Shown here piece by piece: positions 12,391 through 24,469 of a DNA stretch of 64,000 nt; within the stretch, counting starts at the first letter, position 1; each line of letters starts with the position of its first letter. The notes under the pieces were generated by a model. That model was not told the origin of the DNA. It saw only the letters and a program-made list of their open reading frames with translations, and did not search any database. The stretch covers positions 13,950,001 through 14,014,000 of the forward strand of contig NC_135900.1 of the NCBI RefSeq assembly GCF_964194155.1. Reading direction: 5' to 3'. Made by a program: the position numbers and the translations under genes. Origin of the DNA: Cetorhinus maximus (Eukaryota).

Positions 12391-13364
12391 CATATACTGG
12401 CTTTGGATGGAGTACAGTGTCATCAAGGGTTAAAACACAAGGAGGCCTTATGGGAAAAAGCTAGGATTATACTCCCTGGAATTGAGAAGGCTAACGGGTG
12501 ATGCGATTAAAGTTTTCAAAATATTAAGGAGAAATTGTAGGGTGGATAGAGCGAAACTATTTCCGCTGTTTGGGTGGAAAAAATTAAAGCCAGGTCTTTC
12601 AAAAGCACCTCTACCTACAAAAGGTGATAGATGTTTGTAACTCTTTTCTGCAAATGGCAATTTATTCTCGATCAATTTTTAATTTTATATCTGAGATTGA
12701 TAGATTTTTCTCATCCAAAGGAGTTAAGGGATATGGGCAAAGGCAGGTATGTGGAGTTTGACCATAATTTCATTGGGAATAGGTTGGAATAGGTTCAAGT
12801 GCTTAAATGGCATCCACCTGTTACTACGTTGCTATTTCCTGTAAACTGACTCACATTGCTCATTATTTTGTAATGACAGGAATCAATACTATGGAGTGCA
12901 CAATATATCATTATATAACACAAAGGAAGGTTCAATTTTCTCTCAAAAAAAGAGTCAAGGCAGGTAGCTGTGGTAAGAAACCTTAGGCACAAAGTGTGTC
13001 AGTTGTTAGTGGGCTCAGTTTGTATGTGGGCATTTTAAGTGAGATAGGCGATTGCCAACCACACTCTTTGCTTATAGGGAGCAGCGCCAAGGTAGGTTCG
13101 AGACAGGAAATTCTGGACACTGCAGCAGAGTGACATGGGTACCTCAGAAACAGGCGCCATGATAGCGACTGTAAGTTTATTTTGAATGGGTTTGAATATC
13201 ATGGCTTTCCCAGGGCCTACAGTATCATCTCTCTCTCTCTCCACTGTTTCTGTCTGAAAGCGTGTTAAACCTATGCTTCAGGACTTTAAAAAAGCATCAG
13301 CCAAGCACATGTGACCATGCAATGCAGCTGGGGCTCAGCTAAAGCAGGATTGGTGCTCCCACAG

Positions 13365-13905
13365 CGCTTACGTAAAAAGATTTCTGTGGTGCCTTTCATA
13401 ATCTCAGGAACTCCCAAAGCCCTTTACAGCTAATGAAGTATCCTTAAAGTGTGCTCATGTTGTAATTTAAAAAAACGCAGCATTTTGCAATGTCTCACAA
13501 ACAGCCATCTGATAATGACTAGAATAAAAACAGAAAATACTGGAAAAACTCAGCAGGTCTGGCAGCACCTGTGGAGAGAGAAACAGAGTTAATGTCTTGA
13601 GTTCAATGTGACTCTTCTTCAGAACTGATAATGACTAGTTTTAGTGATAATGGTTCAGGGATAAATATTGGAGAGGACACCAGGGAGAATTCCTCTTCTT
13701 TGAAAATAACATCAGTGAGTCTGTACTGACCCACCTGAGAAGGCTGACAGGGTCACGGTTAACATCTCATCAGGAAGACAGCACCTCCAACAGTGCAGCA
13801 CTCCTCATGTACTTCACTGGAGTGTCAGCCTTGATTTTGTGCTCATGATCTAGAGTTGGGTTTGAACCCATGACCTGGTGAGCGTGCTACAAGTGAGCCA
13901 CAGTT
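13365..13905 (-). mobile_element. Deu-domain SINE (SacSINE1-like)
   Basis: Clear Deu core 'aacatctcatcaggaagacagcacctccaacagtgcagcactcc...actggagtgtcagcc'; B-box 'tttgaaccc'. Confidence 0.8.
13523..13624 (-). mobile_element. 102-bp Penelope terminal fragment containing a hammerhead motif, with 14-bp TSD
   Basis: ctgataatgactag duplicated at 13509-13522 and 13625-13638; sequence matches the Penelope terminus at 55720-55820. Confidence 0.85.
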
Positions 13906-14699
13906 GACAGGATTTGTTTCGATGAACATATTGCCACAAAAAAGGCGCACAGGGAATTTAAAAATAACACCGCGGCTGCCTCATTTGCCACCTAAGAAGT
14001 GATTACTGGCAAGATCCACCGCTGAATGGTTCTCAGGTTGGAAGTGGGGAACACCTGACTGGCTCTATTATAACGTGTCAGATGTGTGGGTGCCAGGAAC
14101 ATTAAGAGTAGCAAGATACTATACTCTTCATTTCCAGGGATCTCCTCCAAGATCGCTGTAATAGTGTGATTGTTAAAATCAATGCCAAGGTTTTGTGTAA
14201 AGAAATTATCTCAACATATGCTCACAATTAAGAGAGTCTGTACCATCAATGAAATGGTTGTCCCTGTTGTAAGATGCCTTTAAGGGATATCAGCATGACA
14301 TCAGCAAATGTGTTCATGTGTTCAAGTCTTTGTTTCACTTTTGCTTTGGGCAAAGCGCACACACACAGCTCTGATATGCTCAAGCTTTATACCCTATGTA
14401 TAACTGTTCCCATGCACTCTTCTTGTGTCTTACATGCTAAATAGGTCCAAGGCGTTATATCGTTATAACGTTATAAAACGACAGTCCGTTACTAATAAAC
14501 ATGAGCAGCTTGGTTTGAGCCCAATCCACAAGTGTTATTAATTTAATAAGAATCAACATTTGGGATCAATCAAACCAAAATAATCACCTACAGGCATAGA
14601 ATTAATCCTTGCTACTCTTACAGGAGTTTGAACATCCTCTAAGGCAGCGTGCCTCTATTAATATGGATCGCCACTATGCATAAGACTTTCAATATAATA

Positions 14700-15330
14700 A
14701 TATGGCAAAAGGCAAATGGAATTTTGGCACTTAATGCAAGGGGAATCAACTATAAAGGTAGAGACGTTTTGTTACAGTTGTATTGTGCTGTGCACAGTTT
14801 TGGTTTCCTTAAGAAAGGATATAATTGCATTGGAAGCAGTCCAGAGAAAGTTCACTTGACTGATTCCTAGGATGAAGGGGTTATTTTATGAGGAAAGGTT
14901 GGACAGATTGGGTCTGCATCTATTGGAGTTTAGAAGAATGAGAGGTGATCTTATTGAAACATATAAGATCCTGATGGGACTTGACAAGGTGGATGCCGAG
15001 AGGGTGTTTCCCTTTGTGGGGAGAGACTGGCACTCGGGGACACAGTTTAAAAATGAGGGATCTCCCATTTAAGGAGATGAGGAGAAATTTTTCTCCCAGA
15101 GGGTCATTGGCATGTAGAATTCTCTTCCTCAGAGTGTGGTGGAGGCAGGGTCATTAAATATTCTTAAGGTGGAGTTAGACAGCTTCTTGATTAACACAGG
15201 AATCAAAGGGTATCAAGGGTAGGCAGCAAAGTAGAATTGAGGCTACAATCAGATCAGGCATGACCTTATCAAATGGAAGAACAGGCTGGAATGGTCTACT
15301 CCTGCTCTGAATTCTTATGCTTGTATGTAG
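14700..15330 (+). mobile_element. CR1 LINE 3' fragment
   Basis: ORF 14872-15072 YEERLDRLGLHLLEFRRMRGDLIETYKIL; 3' tail. Confidence 0.9.
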
Positions 15331-15539
15331 ATCCTCACATGGTATTGATCATGGGTAATCTGAGACCTGGAGCATAACAAGAAAGACATGCCTTTATTTG
15401 GAGTTTTTTGCAACCTTAAAACGTCATTGTCAATGAAGTATGTTCAAAGTGTAATCACTATTTTAATGTAGGAAATACTGCAACCGAATTGTACAGAGCA
15501 AGGTCTCACAAAGAGCAATGTGATCATAATCTGATTTCC

Positions 15540-16562
15540 TTTCTCCTCCACCAGGGATCCCTCTACCCCATGTTTGACAGAGTCCATGACCACTTCCATT
15601 CCATTTACCACAATTTTGCTCTAACTTTTCCCCCTCCCTCCCAGAACCACATTGAGTTCCCTTTATCTTCACCTACCATCCCAACCTCTGCTATTTCTTC
15701 CCCCTCCTACATGGTGCTACCAACAAATGCATCTTCCCCTCCCCTTCCCTTTCAGTATTCCAAAGGGACACTCTAGTCCACCACTCCATCACCCCACACC
15801 CACCTTCCTAGGAACAGGAGATGCAACCCCTGCCCTTTTACCTTCTTCCTTTCCCACTGCCCAGGCCTCAAACGCTGCTCCCAGCTGAAACGGTGATTTA
15901 TTTGTATTTCTTTCAAGTTTGTTTTCAGTGTTCACATCACAATTTGGTCTCCTCCACTTCTGAGGAGGTTAAACACAGACTGGGCGACCGTTTTGCATAA
16001 TATCCCCATTCAGTCTATAAGTGTAACCCTAAGTTTCTAGTTGTCCACCATTTTAATTCTCCATCCCACTGGCCTCCCAGTCCTCAGCATCATACACTGT
16101 CCCAACGAAGCTCAACGTAAGCTCATCTTTCGCTTTACAGCCTTCTGGCAATTCAACAATTCCAGACCGGAACTTCTGCCCCATTTTTTTACCATCAGTA
16201 GCTGTTGGCCACGATTCTGTTGTTCCACTGGACCCATCTTTTGCTTCTCCCCTTGTCCCATAAACTCCCTTTCCCTTGCATCATCAGTCTCTTTGTCATT
16301 TAACCACTCCTGCCTTCCACGCTATCTCATACCTTCCTTTTTGCTCATTCTTCCTCTCCACCTTTCTCTATCACTATACTTGCTTAAAATCTGGTGCATC
16401 TCTAACTTTTTTCCAGTTCTGACGAAAAGTCATTGGCCTGAGACGTTGGGCCTGGTTTTAACCGTGTATAAGTCAGTGGCGTTGTTGCCTGAGCTGCTGA
16501 GCATTTCCAGCATTTTTTTGTTTTTATTTCAGACTTCCGGCACCTGCAGTATTTTGCTTTTG
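15540..16562 (+). mobile_element. Degenerate Penelope-like element (GIY-YIG region plus terminal repeat) inserted in a Deu-SINE
   Basis: Colinear with the minus-strand body of 55711-57310; degenerate hammerhead 'cagttctgacgaaaagtc...gagacgtt' at ~16413-16448; Deu-SINE pieces on both sides (15370-15540, 16565-16740). Confidence 0.75.
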
Positions 16563-17039
16563 TAGCCCCTGTTAGTTCTGTTGGTTGAGGGATAAATATT
16601 GGTCAGGGCACTGAGGGGAACTCCACTCTTCTTCTTTGAATATTGCCATGGGAGCTTTTACAACCCCCTGAGAGGGTATAATCTCCGATGTTTACTGTGC
16701 TGCACCTGTAGCCTCAAATTGACAGTGGTTTTCCAGTCCATGTAACACAACAAATTACTCAATCGATATATCACAAGATTGAGACAAGATAAAATCGTTA
16801 TATATATTGCTTTATCCTGAAAGATGCAGGGTCTCAATCTTTGTAATGCTATTGACCTTCCACTGTACAAAACTTGGATGTTCTGCAAGTAAAGAATATT
16901 CTCCCCTCCACAAAACATCATGAATCATAGTCAATTACATTATCATTTATTTTGCACTTACCTCCCATTGTAAATATGCAATATTTGCTTAAGATGCTTT
17001 TTGTTCCTTTGTCTCCTTTATTTGCATGATTGAAATAGA

Positions 17040-17370
17040 AAATGTTTCCTCGCCTTTTATACCTGAGGTTGAATGGCAGCTCTTGCTGATGTTATTGTTG
17101 GCATAAAGCTGCACTGGGAGCCTGTCCCTCTCATCAAGCCTCCATTGACAGCACTCAAAACAAATGTTTCCGGCTGATTACTGTCACACACCTCCAACTG
17201 GTGCATTCTCCATGGCAACGCCTCTACCAATTCAGAGTCCACTTGGGAACCAATCAGCACTCTCTTCGCATACAGTGTAAATTGTTGTTTTCCCTTTATG
17301 TTGGTATTCTTGCGAAGTGTCCTGATGAGTGCAAGGTGAAAAGCATCGACATGTCTCCTTTTTCCAGCAA
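17040..17370 (+). mobile_element. Second copy of the hammerhead-bearing short repeat (family of 8715-9111)
   Basis: Reverse-complement homology to 8750-9110 across ~170+ bp. Confidence 0.7.
17318..17351 (+). ncRNA. Minimal type I hammerhead ribozyme motif
   Basis: UGUC-CUGAUGA-GU gcaag gu-GAAA-AGCa-UC-GACA: intact catalytic core and stem I (UGUC/GACA); weakened stem II. Confidence 0.6.
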
Positions 17371-18204
17371 TACCCCCAACTCAGCAAAGTGTCCCGTAAA
17401 CCATTCCCTCCCAGCCCCTGTTGCAACATGTTAAAGAAATTTGTTCCAAATGATCTTTGTCGCAGTGTTTTTATGTAACTGCAAAAATTGAACATTATTG
17501 CAGATGTCATTTTCAAATGTTCTGCCTGGTTATCATGTAACGTGGGTTTTTAAGGTGTAACCTGAACTTCTTTAAGTTTCACAAAGAGGTGAAAACTCAT
17601 ATGTTGCATCTCTCGCGCTTTCACAGCGTTGTCACCAGGAACTGGAACTATGCGTAAAAGAGTGGAAAAACAGTCAGGTTTTCTATATTTCCCTTTCCTG
17701 CTGCTTGTGCCTCACAGTTGATACTTGTACATTTTCTGTCTAGTAATGCTGGTTGTCATGGTGCACTCTGGGGATTGCAGTCCCACTGGAAAGGGGAGAT
17801 TGACTCCAGAAAAAACCAGTGTACTCAAGATGACTGCTGCATGAAACATCCTGTCAAGATACATTGCAGAACCTCTTAATAACACTGCTATCCACATGGA
17901 ACCAAGAAAATGGCTCCAAGCATCTATTGCAACACTGCTTTCTATACTTTACACTCTTTATAAAATCAATGCCCACCCTTTGTTATGTTGCTATTTTCTT
18001 CTATAAGATCAGAGACAAATTGTCTGGAAAAACCTCAGATAAAATGCTACCGATTTATTCACTTACTTTTTATTGTGTATCAGTGATGTTGTTATCTTCA
18101 ACTAGTACACTTCTCTTTGGCATTGGTGTGTTGTGTGTTGAGCTCCTAGCTTGTGATTTTTCCCTTCTCAACGACACATTGTGCTGACTGCAAGTTCTGT
18201 ACTT

Positions 18205-18650
18205 GAAGCAAAAACAGAAACAGAAATACCTGGAAAAACTCAGCAGGTCTGGCAGCATCGGCGGAGAAGAGCACAGTTGACGTTTCGAGTCCTCATGACC
18301 CTGTTCCCTTCGGTTATATATGTGTGTTTCCCCTGGTTGGAAGCCTAGAACCAGTGGACACCATTTCAAAATAAGGGGGAAACTACTTAGGAGGGAGATG
18401 AGGAGAATTATTTTTACTCAGAGGGTTGTGAATCGTTGGAATTCTTTGCAAGCAGAGGCATGTGGAAGCTCAGCCATTGAATATGTTTCAAGCAGAGGTT
18501 GACAGATTTCTAAATACCAATGGCATAAAGGGATATGGGGATTGTTTGGGGGAAAAAGGCTTTGAATTGGATGATCAGCCATGATTGTATCGAATGGCGA
18601 AGCAGGTTCAACAGGCTGAATGGCCTACTCCTGCTCCTATGTTCCTATGC
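18205..18650. mobile_element. Penelope terminal fragment (minus, ~18205-18303) joined to a CR1 3' fragment (plus, ~18303-18650)
   Basis: 'ggaaaaactcagcaggtctggcagcatc' then ORF 18320-18502 ...IIFTQRVVNRWNSL and CR1 tail. Confidence 0.75.
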
Positions 18651-18695
18651 CTTGGCTTTCAAAGAAGTATTCTTGATGTGTTCCTAATTTGAAAA

Positions 18696-19610
18696 TTAAA
18701 TTAAAATGTCATTTCTGGGACTGATGATGCGCTCCAGCGCCTGCGGTGCCCACTGGCCACAGAGGGCCTCAAGCCTGCCAGTGAACACCAGATGCCCCCA
18801 CTCCAGGGACACCCAGGTGTGAACGTAATCACGAAATGTGGGCAGACCCCCCTCCACCACCCGCTGCCTGGACCCATTAATGGCCACCTTGGCCAGGCCC
18901 GTGAGAAGGTCCCTCTGCCTTGCCCGCCTCTCTCCATAGTGGGTGGCCAAAGGTCAGGGGGATCAAAAGGAAACTTAATGGATCAAATTAAAATGTTGTT
19001 TCTGGGTCTGATGATGTACTTCTAACCCTGCGGCGCCGACCAATCACGGAAGGCCTTAAGCGTACCGGTGAACACTGTTCAATCCCTCTCCAGGGGCACC
19101 CAGACGCAAACGTAGCCGTGGAAAAGGGGCAGACAGTCAGGCCAAATGACCCCTTCAACAGCCCCCTTCCTGGGCCTATTAATGGCTACCTTAGAGCAGG
19201 CCCTAGAGCAGGCTTATGAGTAGGTCCTCCGCCTTGATCGTCCCCTCCGCACCGGATTGCCAAAGATCAGGAGTGTGGGGCTGAAATACAACCAGAATTT
19301 GGGGAGCAGCCCCCTCAAATAATCAAAAAGGGGCTGCAACCTCTGGCAACCTATAAACATATGGAACACAGCCTCCTCAAGGCCACAGAAAGCACAGGCA
19401 TCCTAGGAGCCCGTGAACCATCTTAACCTTTTATTGCATGGGACTGCTACATGCAACGCCCTCCACACCAAATCCCTGATGGTAAAGGAGAGGATTCCCA
19501 TGGAGAGAGCCGCCCCCCACTACTGCTTCCTCTGGTTGGCAGAAGTGTCCCTTTGTATGTGCTCAAGTAAGCCCCAATTGATGTCCTCCACCTTCATGTA
19601 ATTAAACGCA
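18696..19610 (-). mobile_element. Tx1-like LINE ORF2 C-terminal fragments (two tandem 3' ends)
   Basis: DLLTGLAKVAINGSRQRVVEG...LEALCGQWAPQALERIISPRNDILI*; second copy 18985-19610 includes the CxxC...H...C zinc knuckle (CAFCGLEEAVFHMFIGC). Confidence 0.75.
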
Positions 19611-20014
19611 ATTGATATACAATTAACAGGGGTAAGGCCGTGGAGGGATTTGAAGACAAGCAGGAGAATTTTAGGATCAGTGACACACCAGTTCCTCCCA
19701 TGCAGCCCAATGTTTGATCACAAGTAAATATGTATAGTGCACAATGTTATATTAGAAGGAATTGCCTTGTGCAGCATCTTTATGATTTCAGTGTGACCAC
19801 AAGTTTGGTTGCAAACTTGTATTTCCTGCAGTTGTGGACATTAATGGTGTTCGTTCAAAGGGCCAGATGATTGTTTTGGCTGTGCAGCAGTAAAAAAGTA
19901 ACAGGTTTTGATGGCAAACACTGAGGAATAGATACTTGGGGTAACTCAATAGCTTTACCATGGCAGCTTTTTCACATCTTTCATTTTCTTAAGCATTTGA
20001 AATGGCTCATGTTC

Positions 20015-20250
20015 CACCTGGAAGTTCCCCTCCAAGTCACTCACCATCCTGACTTGGAAATATGTCACCGTTCCTTCATTGAAACTGGGTCAAAATCCTG
20101 GAACTCCCTTCCTAACAGCACTATGGGTGTACCTACACCACATGGACTGCAGCGGTTCAAGAAAGTGGCTCCTTCTCAAGGGCAACTAGGGATGAGCAGC
20201 AAATGCTGGCCTAGCCAGCGAAGCCCACACCCCCTGAAAGAATAAAAACA
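20015..20250 (+). mobile_element. LINE 3' end (CR1/L2 group; partner of the MER131-like SINE tail)
   Basis: SKSWNSLPNS...GLQRFKK; tail 'gggcaactagggatgagc...aaatgctggcc'; other copies at 28850-29410(-), 32740-33280, 43395-43545(-), 51830-52100. Confidence 0.75.
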
Positions 20251-20599
20251 AATCCCCAATCACTTGCAATAAAGCTACTGAATGTTTTAAAAATGGTCAG
20301 ATTTACTCAAGGGATGGAGCATTGATTTCCCATGTTTGACTGGATGAGATAGTTGACAAGGCAAATACCACCAGAAACTTCCAGAAGACCTGGCTCCACA
20401 TGGAGAAGGTGACTAACCTGAAGCAGGTGCCTTACCTTGTATGGACATTCTCCTGCTATTATGTACTTGATTTTATAATTCTCACCATTGTTTTCAAATC
20501 CTTCCATGCCCTCGTCTCTTCCTATCTCGGTCACCTGCGCCAACCTCCTTGCAAGGCTTCAAGAGCTCTGTTCTCCTCCAGCGGTAGCTTCATGCACTA

Positions 20600-20950
20600 G
20601 GGGGAGATGGTGGCATAGTGGTAGTATCACTGGCCTAGTAATCCAGGGACCCAGACTAATCCTCCAGGGGACAGGGGCATGAGTTCAAATCCTGCCATGG
20701 CAGCTGGTGGAATGTTAATTCAATTAGTTTCAGTAATGGTGGTCATTAAAAACTATCATCAATTGTTGTAAAAACCCATCTGGTTCACTAATGCCCTTTA
20801 GGGGAGGGAAATCTGCTGTCCTTGTCTGGTTTACACTCCTGACCCAGACTCTGAAATGGCCTAACAAGCCCAAGGCACTCAGCTCCAGGGCAATGAGGGA
20901 TGAGTAAGAAATGCTGGCCCTGTCAGTGATGCCCACACTCCATGAGGAAA
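20600..20950 (+). mobile_element. tRNA-derived SINE (MER131/MetaSINE-like) inserted in an L2-like fragment
   Basis: Pol III A-box tggcatagtgg, B-box gagttcaaatcc, core 'aaacccatctggttcactaatgccctttagg'; L2-like pieces at 20460-20600 and 20965-21185. Confidence 0.75.
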
Positions 20951-21499
20951 AATCTAATTGCTCCCCCATTGGTCAGCTTACCTTAAGCTCTGAAATTCCC
21001 TACCTCTCTTTCCTCATTTAAGATGGTCCTTAGAACCCACCTTTTTGACCAAGCTTTTAGTCATCTGTAGTGATAGCTCTTCCTGTGGCTCAGTGTCAAA
21101 CTATGGTTATTAACACTCTTGCGAAGTGCCCTGTTATATGTTATGATATATTAAAGGTGCTACCTGAATGCAGGTTGTTGCAGTTTAGGTGGAGAGTGAG
21201 AATGATTCCTGGTTCCAGAATTCTACCAACGCAGATTTCAATGTTTGCCAACAGTGGGCTAGCAATGAGATGCTGAAGGATCACATGTTGATCTCTGTCT
21301 CCCAGTCTGTGAGCTGAGAATGGAAATTAAATATGCACTTTCCCAATCCACATTCATTTTCCTGTATGAAGTATAAATGTACCTCCTTGCAACAAATACG
21401 CATTCCAAAGAACCACTAAATTTTTCTAACATATTTTTTCTTTGCAGTAAGAATTTTCTGTGCTACAATTAAATGTCTTGAGCCCAGAATCATTGTCAT

Positions 21500-22185
21500 T
21501 TATTGAATCATAGAAGCTTTCAGCACAAAACGGAATCTTTCATGCTTGTGCTGGCTCTTTGAAAGGTCCTACATCTCCACTTCTTGATCATAACCCTTTC
21601 AGTTCCTCATCCTCAAGCACCTGCCCAAATCCCTTTTAATATTAATTTATGAAAACAGATTCCACCACCTTTTTCAGGTAGAGCATTCACAGAATCACAG
21701 AAACATTACAGCACAGAAGGAGGCCATTTGGCCCATCGTGTCTGCACCAGTTCTCCGAATAAGCAATTCCTTTGGCGCCACTCCCCTGCCCTCTCCCTGT
21801 AACCCTGTACATTCTTCCTTTTCAGATAACAGCCGGATTCCCCCCTTGAATGCCTCAAATGAGCCTGCCTCCACCACGCTCTCAGGTGGTGCATTCCAAA
21901 CCCTAACCACTCGCTACACCAATAAGTTTTTCCTCATACCTCTTTTGCTTCTTTCGCTAATTACTTTAAATCTGCGTCCCCTCGTTCTCAATCCTTTCAC
22001 GAGCAGGAACAGTTTTTCCCTGTCTACTCTGTCCAGACCCCTCATGATTTTAAATACTTCTTTCAAATCTCCTCTCAGCCTTCTGTTCTTTAAGGAAAAA
22101 AAGCTCTAACTTCTCCATTCTAGATCCCAACAATAAATCCCCTTGTTCCCTCTTCTAGGTCCTTTGCCAATGATTTTGAATCTCT
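21500..22185 (-). mobile_element. Nested CR1 3' fragments
   Basis: ORF 21695-21910 VRVWNAPPESVVEAGS; younger copy 21690-22115 inside an older one. Confidence 0.8.
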
Positions 22186-24469
22186 AATAACTTCTTGCCT
22201 AATACACTTTTCAAAGACAGGCAACTGTGGAAAGATCAGAAAACAAACAGTGAATATGCTCAGATGGAAGTGTTTGGTCCACTGTCTAACGGAGGCTTTA
22301 ACACAGATTTTAGACTTGGTTCAAAACTACAGACCAAAGAATCTCATATAAACACTTTAAGCATTCATATGCCAATCTGCATACAAGATCATTTCAAGGC
22401 CATTATGTTTTAAGTAATTTCTGACAATGTAATCCAATCTCTGCATTCTAATTGGTCTATAATTATGCCGTATGGTATAATTGATAGTTTTGAAATTGCT
22501 TTTCCAAACCTGCAAAGAACTGCTGGAACTTGACTTTCTGTGTTTAGTGAAGTTTTGTGTGTTATAGGCAACAGCTAATCTCAACCAAATGTCATGTCTT
22601 TAATCAAGGACCTTCCAAATCGCAACCATACTTACTCTGAAGTTAATACGAACATGAATTTGCTCCTTAACTGTAGCCATAGGCAATTTGGCAAATAAAT
22701 CCCAACATATGGCAAACTCTGGACAAAGATCTACATTTTGAATCCAAAGGAAATCTATTACACTTGGGGCTTTTGAGATGCTGTGCTCAAGGTCATCTAA
22801 TCAGTTCTATTTTTTTTTGCTGAGTATTTGAACAGAACACCACATTTGCAAACATTCACACTCATCGCATTCCCATTCTCCTGAGAATCCCTCATGCTGA
22901 CTCTTTAAGTTAACATGTAACACAATCACCAATTAGTGTCAAAGTTACCATAGCCAACAGACTTAAATTGCATTAACCTTACATGCTCTTTCATGGAAAA
23001 TGTAATCAATTCACTTGAAAACTAATTACTAATTTTGAACTTGTTATTAAATGATTTGGTCTAAAATTGACTTAAATTATGTAGATAAGTATCCACTGAG
23101 CTGTCAGCTGCAAGCTAAGAATGTTAACCTCAAGTTCAGGTGGTCACACAATGTCCTAGAGTTCGAATAGCAGGAACGCTTTGAAGTCACCACTATAAAT
23201 TTACACAAGACTATTACATGACAAAAAAAAATGTGAATTATAATTGCATTGAACTCTGTGAGCAATTCATATAATTCCATTACATATTAATTAGCAAAAG
23301 GACTTGGCCCTTATGTGGCTAATTTTAAATATGATATATTTTAGAGATTAAAAAGAGAACTATTTTAAAGTTAAATTAATTAACTACACCTTGACTCACA
23401 AGATTTAATAGAAGGTTCCTCCAATGAATGCAGTATAAAATGGCTTCACTGATTGAAGCTGCACATAGTCAACATGCTTCCATTGAATTTTAACTAATTT
23501 AGGCTGAACTAGAAAAGCAGACTGGGCTGTAAATGGATACTAATTAAAGTTCGTTGCATGATAGATAGGTCATTAACGTTCTGAAATGACTCTTTAAATT
23601 CAGGAGTGAGTGTGCTATCACTTATCAGATTAAGCAGAGAATTCATCATTTTCTTCAGAATTCACATTACCTCTGTTTTAACTTTATATTTTTCCCCTTT
23701 TTAAGCGTGTCACAGGCAAAAAAACTTGACTGATAACCGACCCGAAGCCTCTGACAGACGGCTGCAGGGTATGTTGGAATTTTGATTCAGCTGCTGTAAT
23801 TTGTGTAACACTGGAGAGCTTTGCAGCTATTCTTGGGAAACATGGCAGTGCAGGATGTTGGAGAACATGTCGACTGAGTGGTGGAGGGAAAAAAAAAGCT
23901 GCTCACAATTTCCCTACGTCTTTCTTGATGTGAACTCCACCATCGTATATGTGAAAGTGGAGCTTAGCCAGGGGTAAAACAGGAAATGACTGGTACTGGT
24001 CTGAACTGGTCTTGTATACCTTAAAATGGAACTCCAGCTCAGACCAGGACCAACCATTTCCAGTCTTACTATTTTTTTTCCTTCTGGTTAGAGGGAAAAT
24101 GTGACTATTAGTTAACCCATGTCGATCTCACGCATCTCTTAGTGACTGATTGTAGATAGTTCTGACTGTTGCCTGAGAATGTGACTGCAGCCTATTCTTT
24201 TGGTTGAGAATGGTGTGAGATAGCTTTGGACTTTGGAGAGAATATCTACTGAAATAAAGTGGAAGTAGATTGTATGGTTTTTAATGAAGTACCATGTAAC
24301 CGGTCCATTGCGCATTGTTTAGCTGGTAGCTCCAGCTTCTATGCAAGGAAGGTCGGGAAGTAGTTCAACTTACAGATATTTCATTGAGAATAGACCATCA
24401 CTCCTGCCATCAGCTGTAGTAAAAAAGCAGCTACATTGCATTGAGATCAAGAGGCATACAGGATCACAA

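Larger units (their letters stand above)
8390..12830 (+). mobile_element. Old CR1 RT fragment broken by several later insertions (pieces ~8390-8714, 9112-9240, 9530-9650, 12390-12830)
   Basis: SKFAD motif 'tctaagtttgctgatga', 'ctgaagtactatgttcagttctg' (LxYxVQF), 3' end at ~12800; pieces are colinear with CR1 ORF2. Confidence 0.7.

Noticed and set aside
20600-20700. tRNA gene suggested by A and B boxes (also 24680-24750, 24945-25020)
   Set aside because: No cloverleaf; these are SINE heads followed by SINE bodies.
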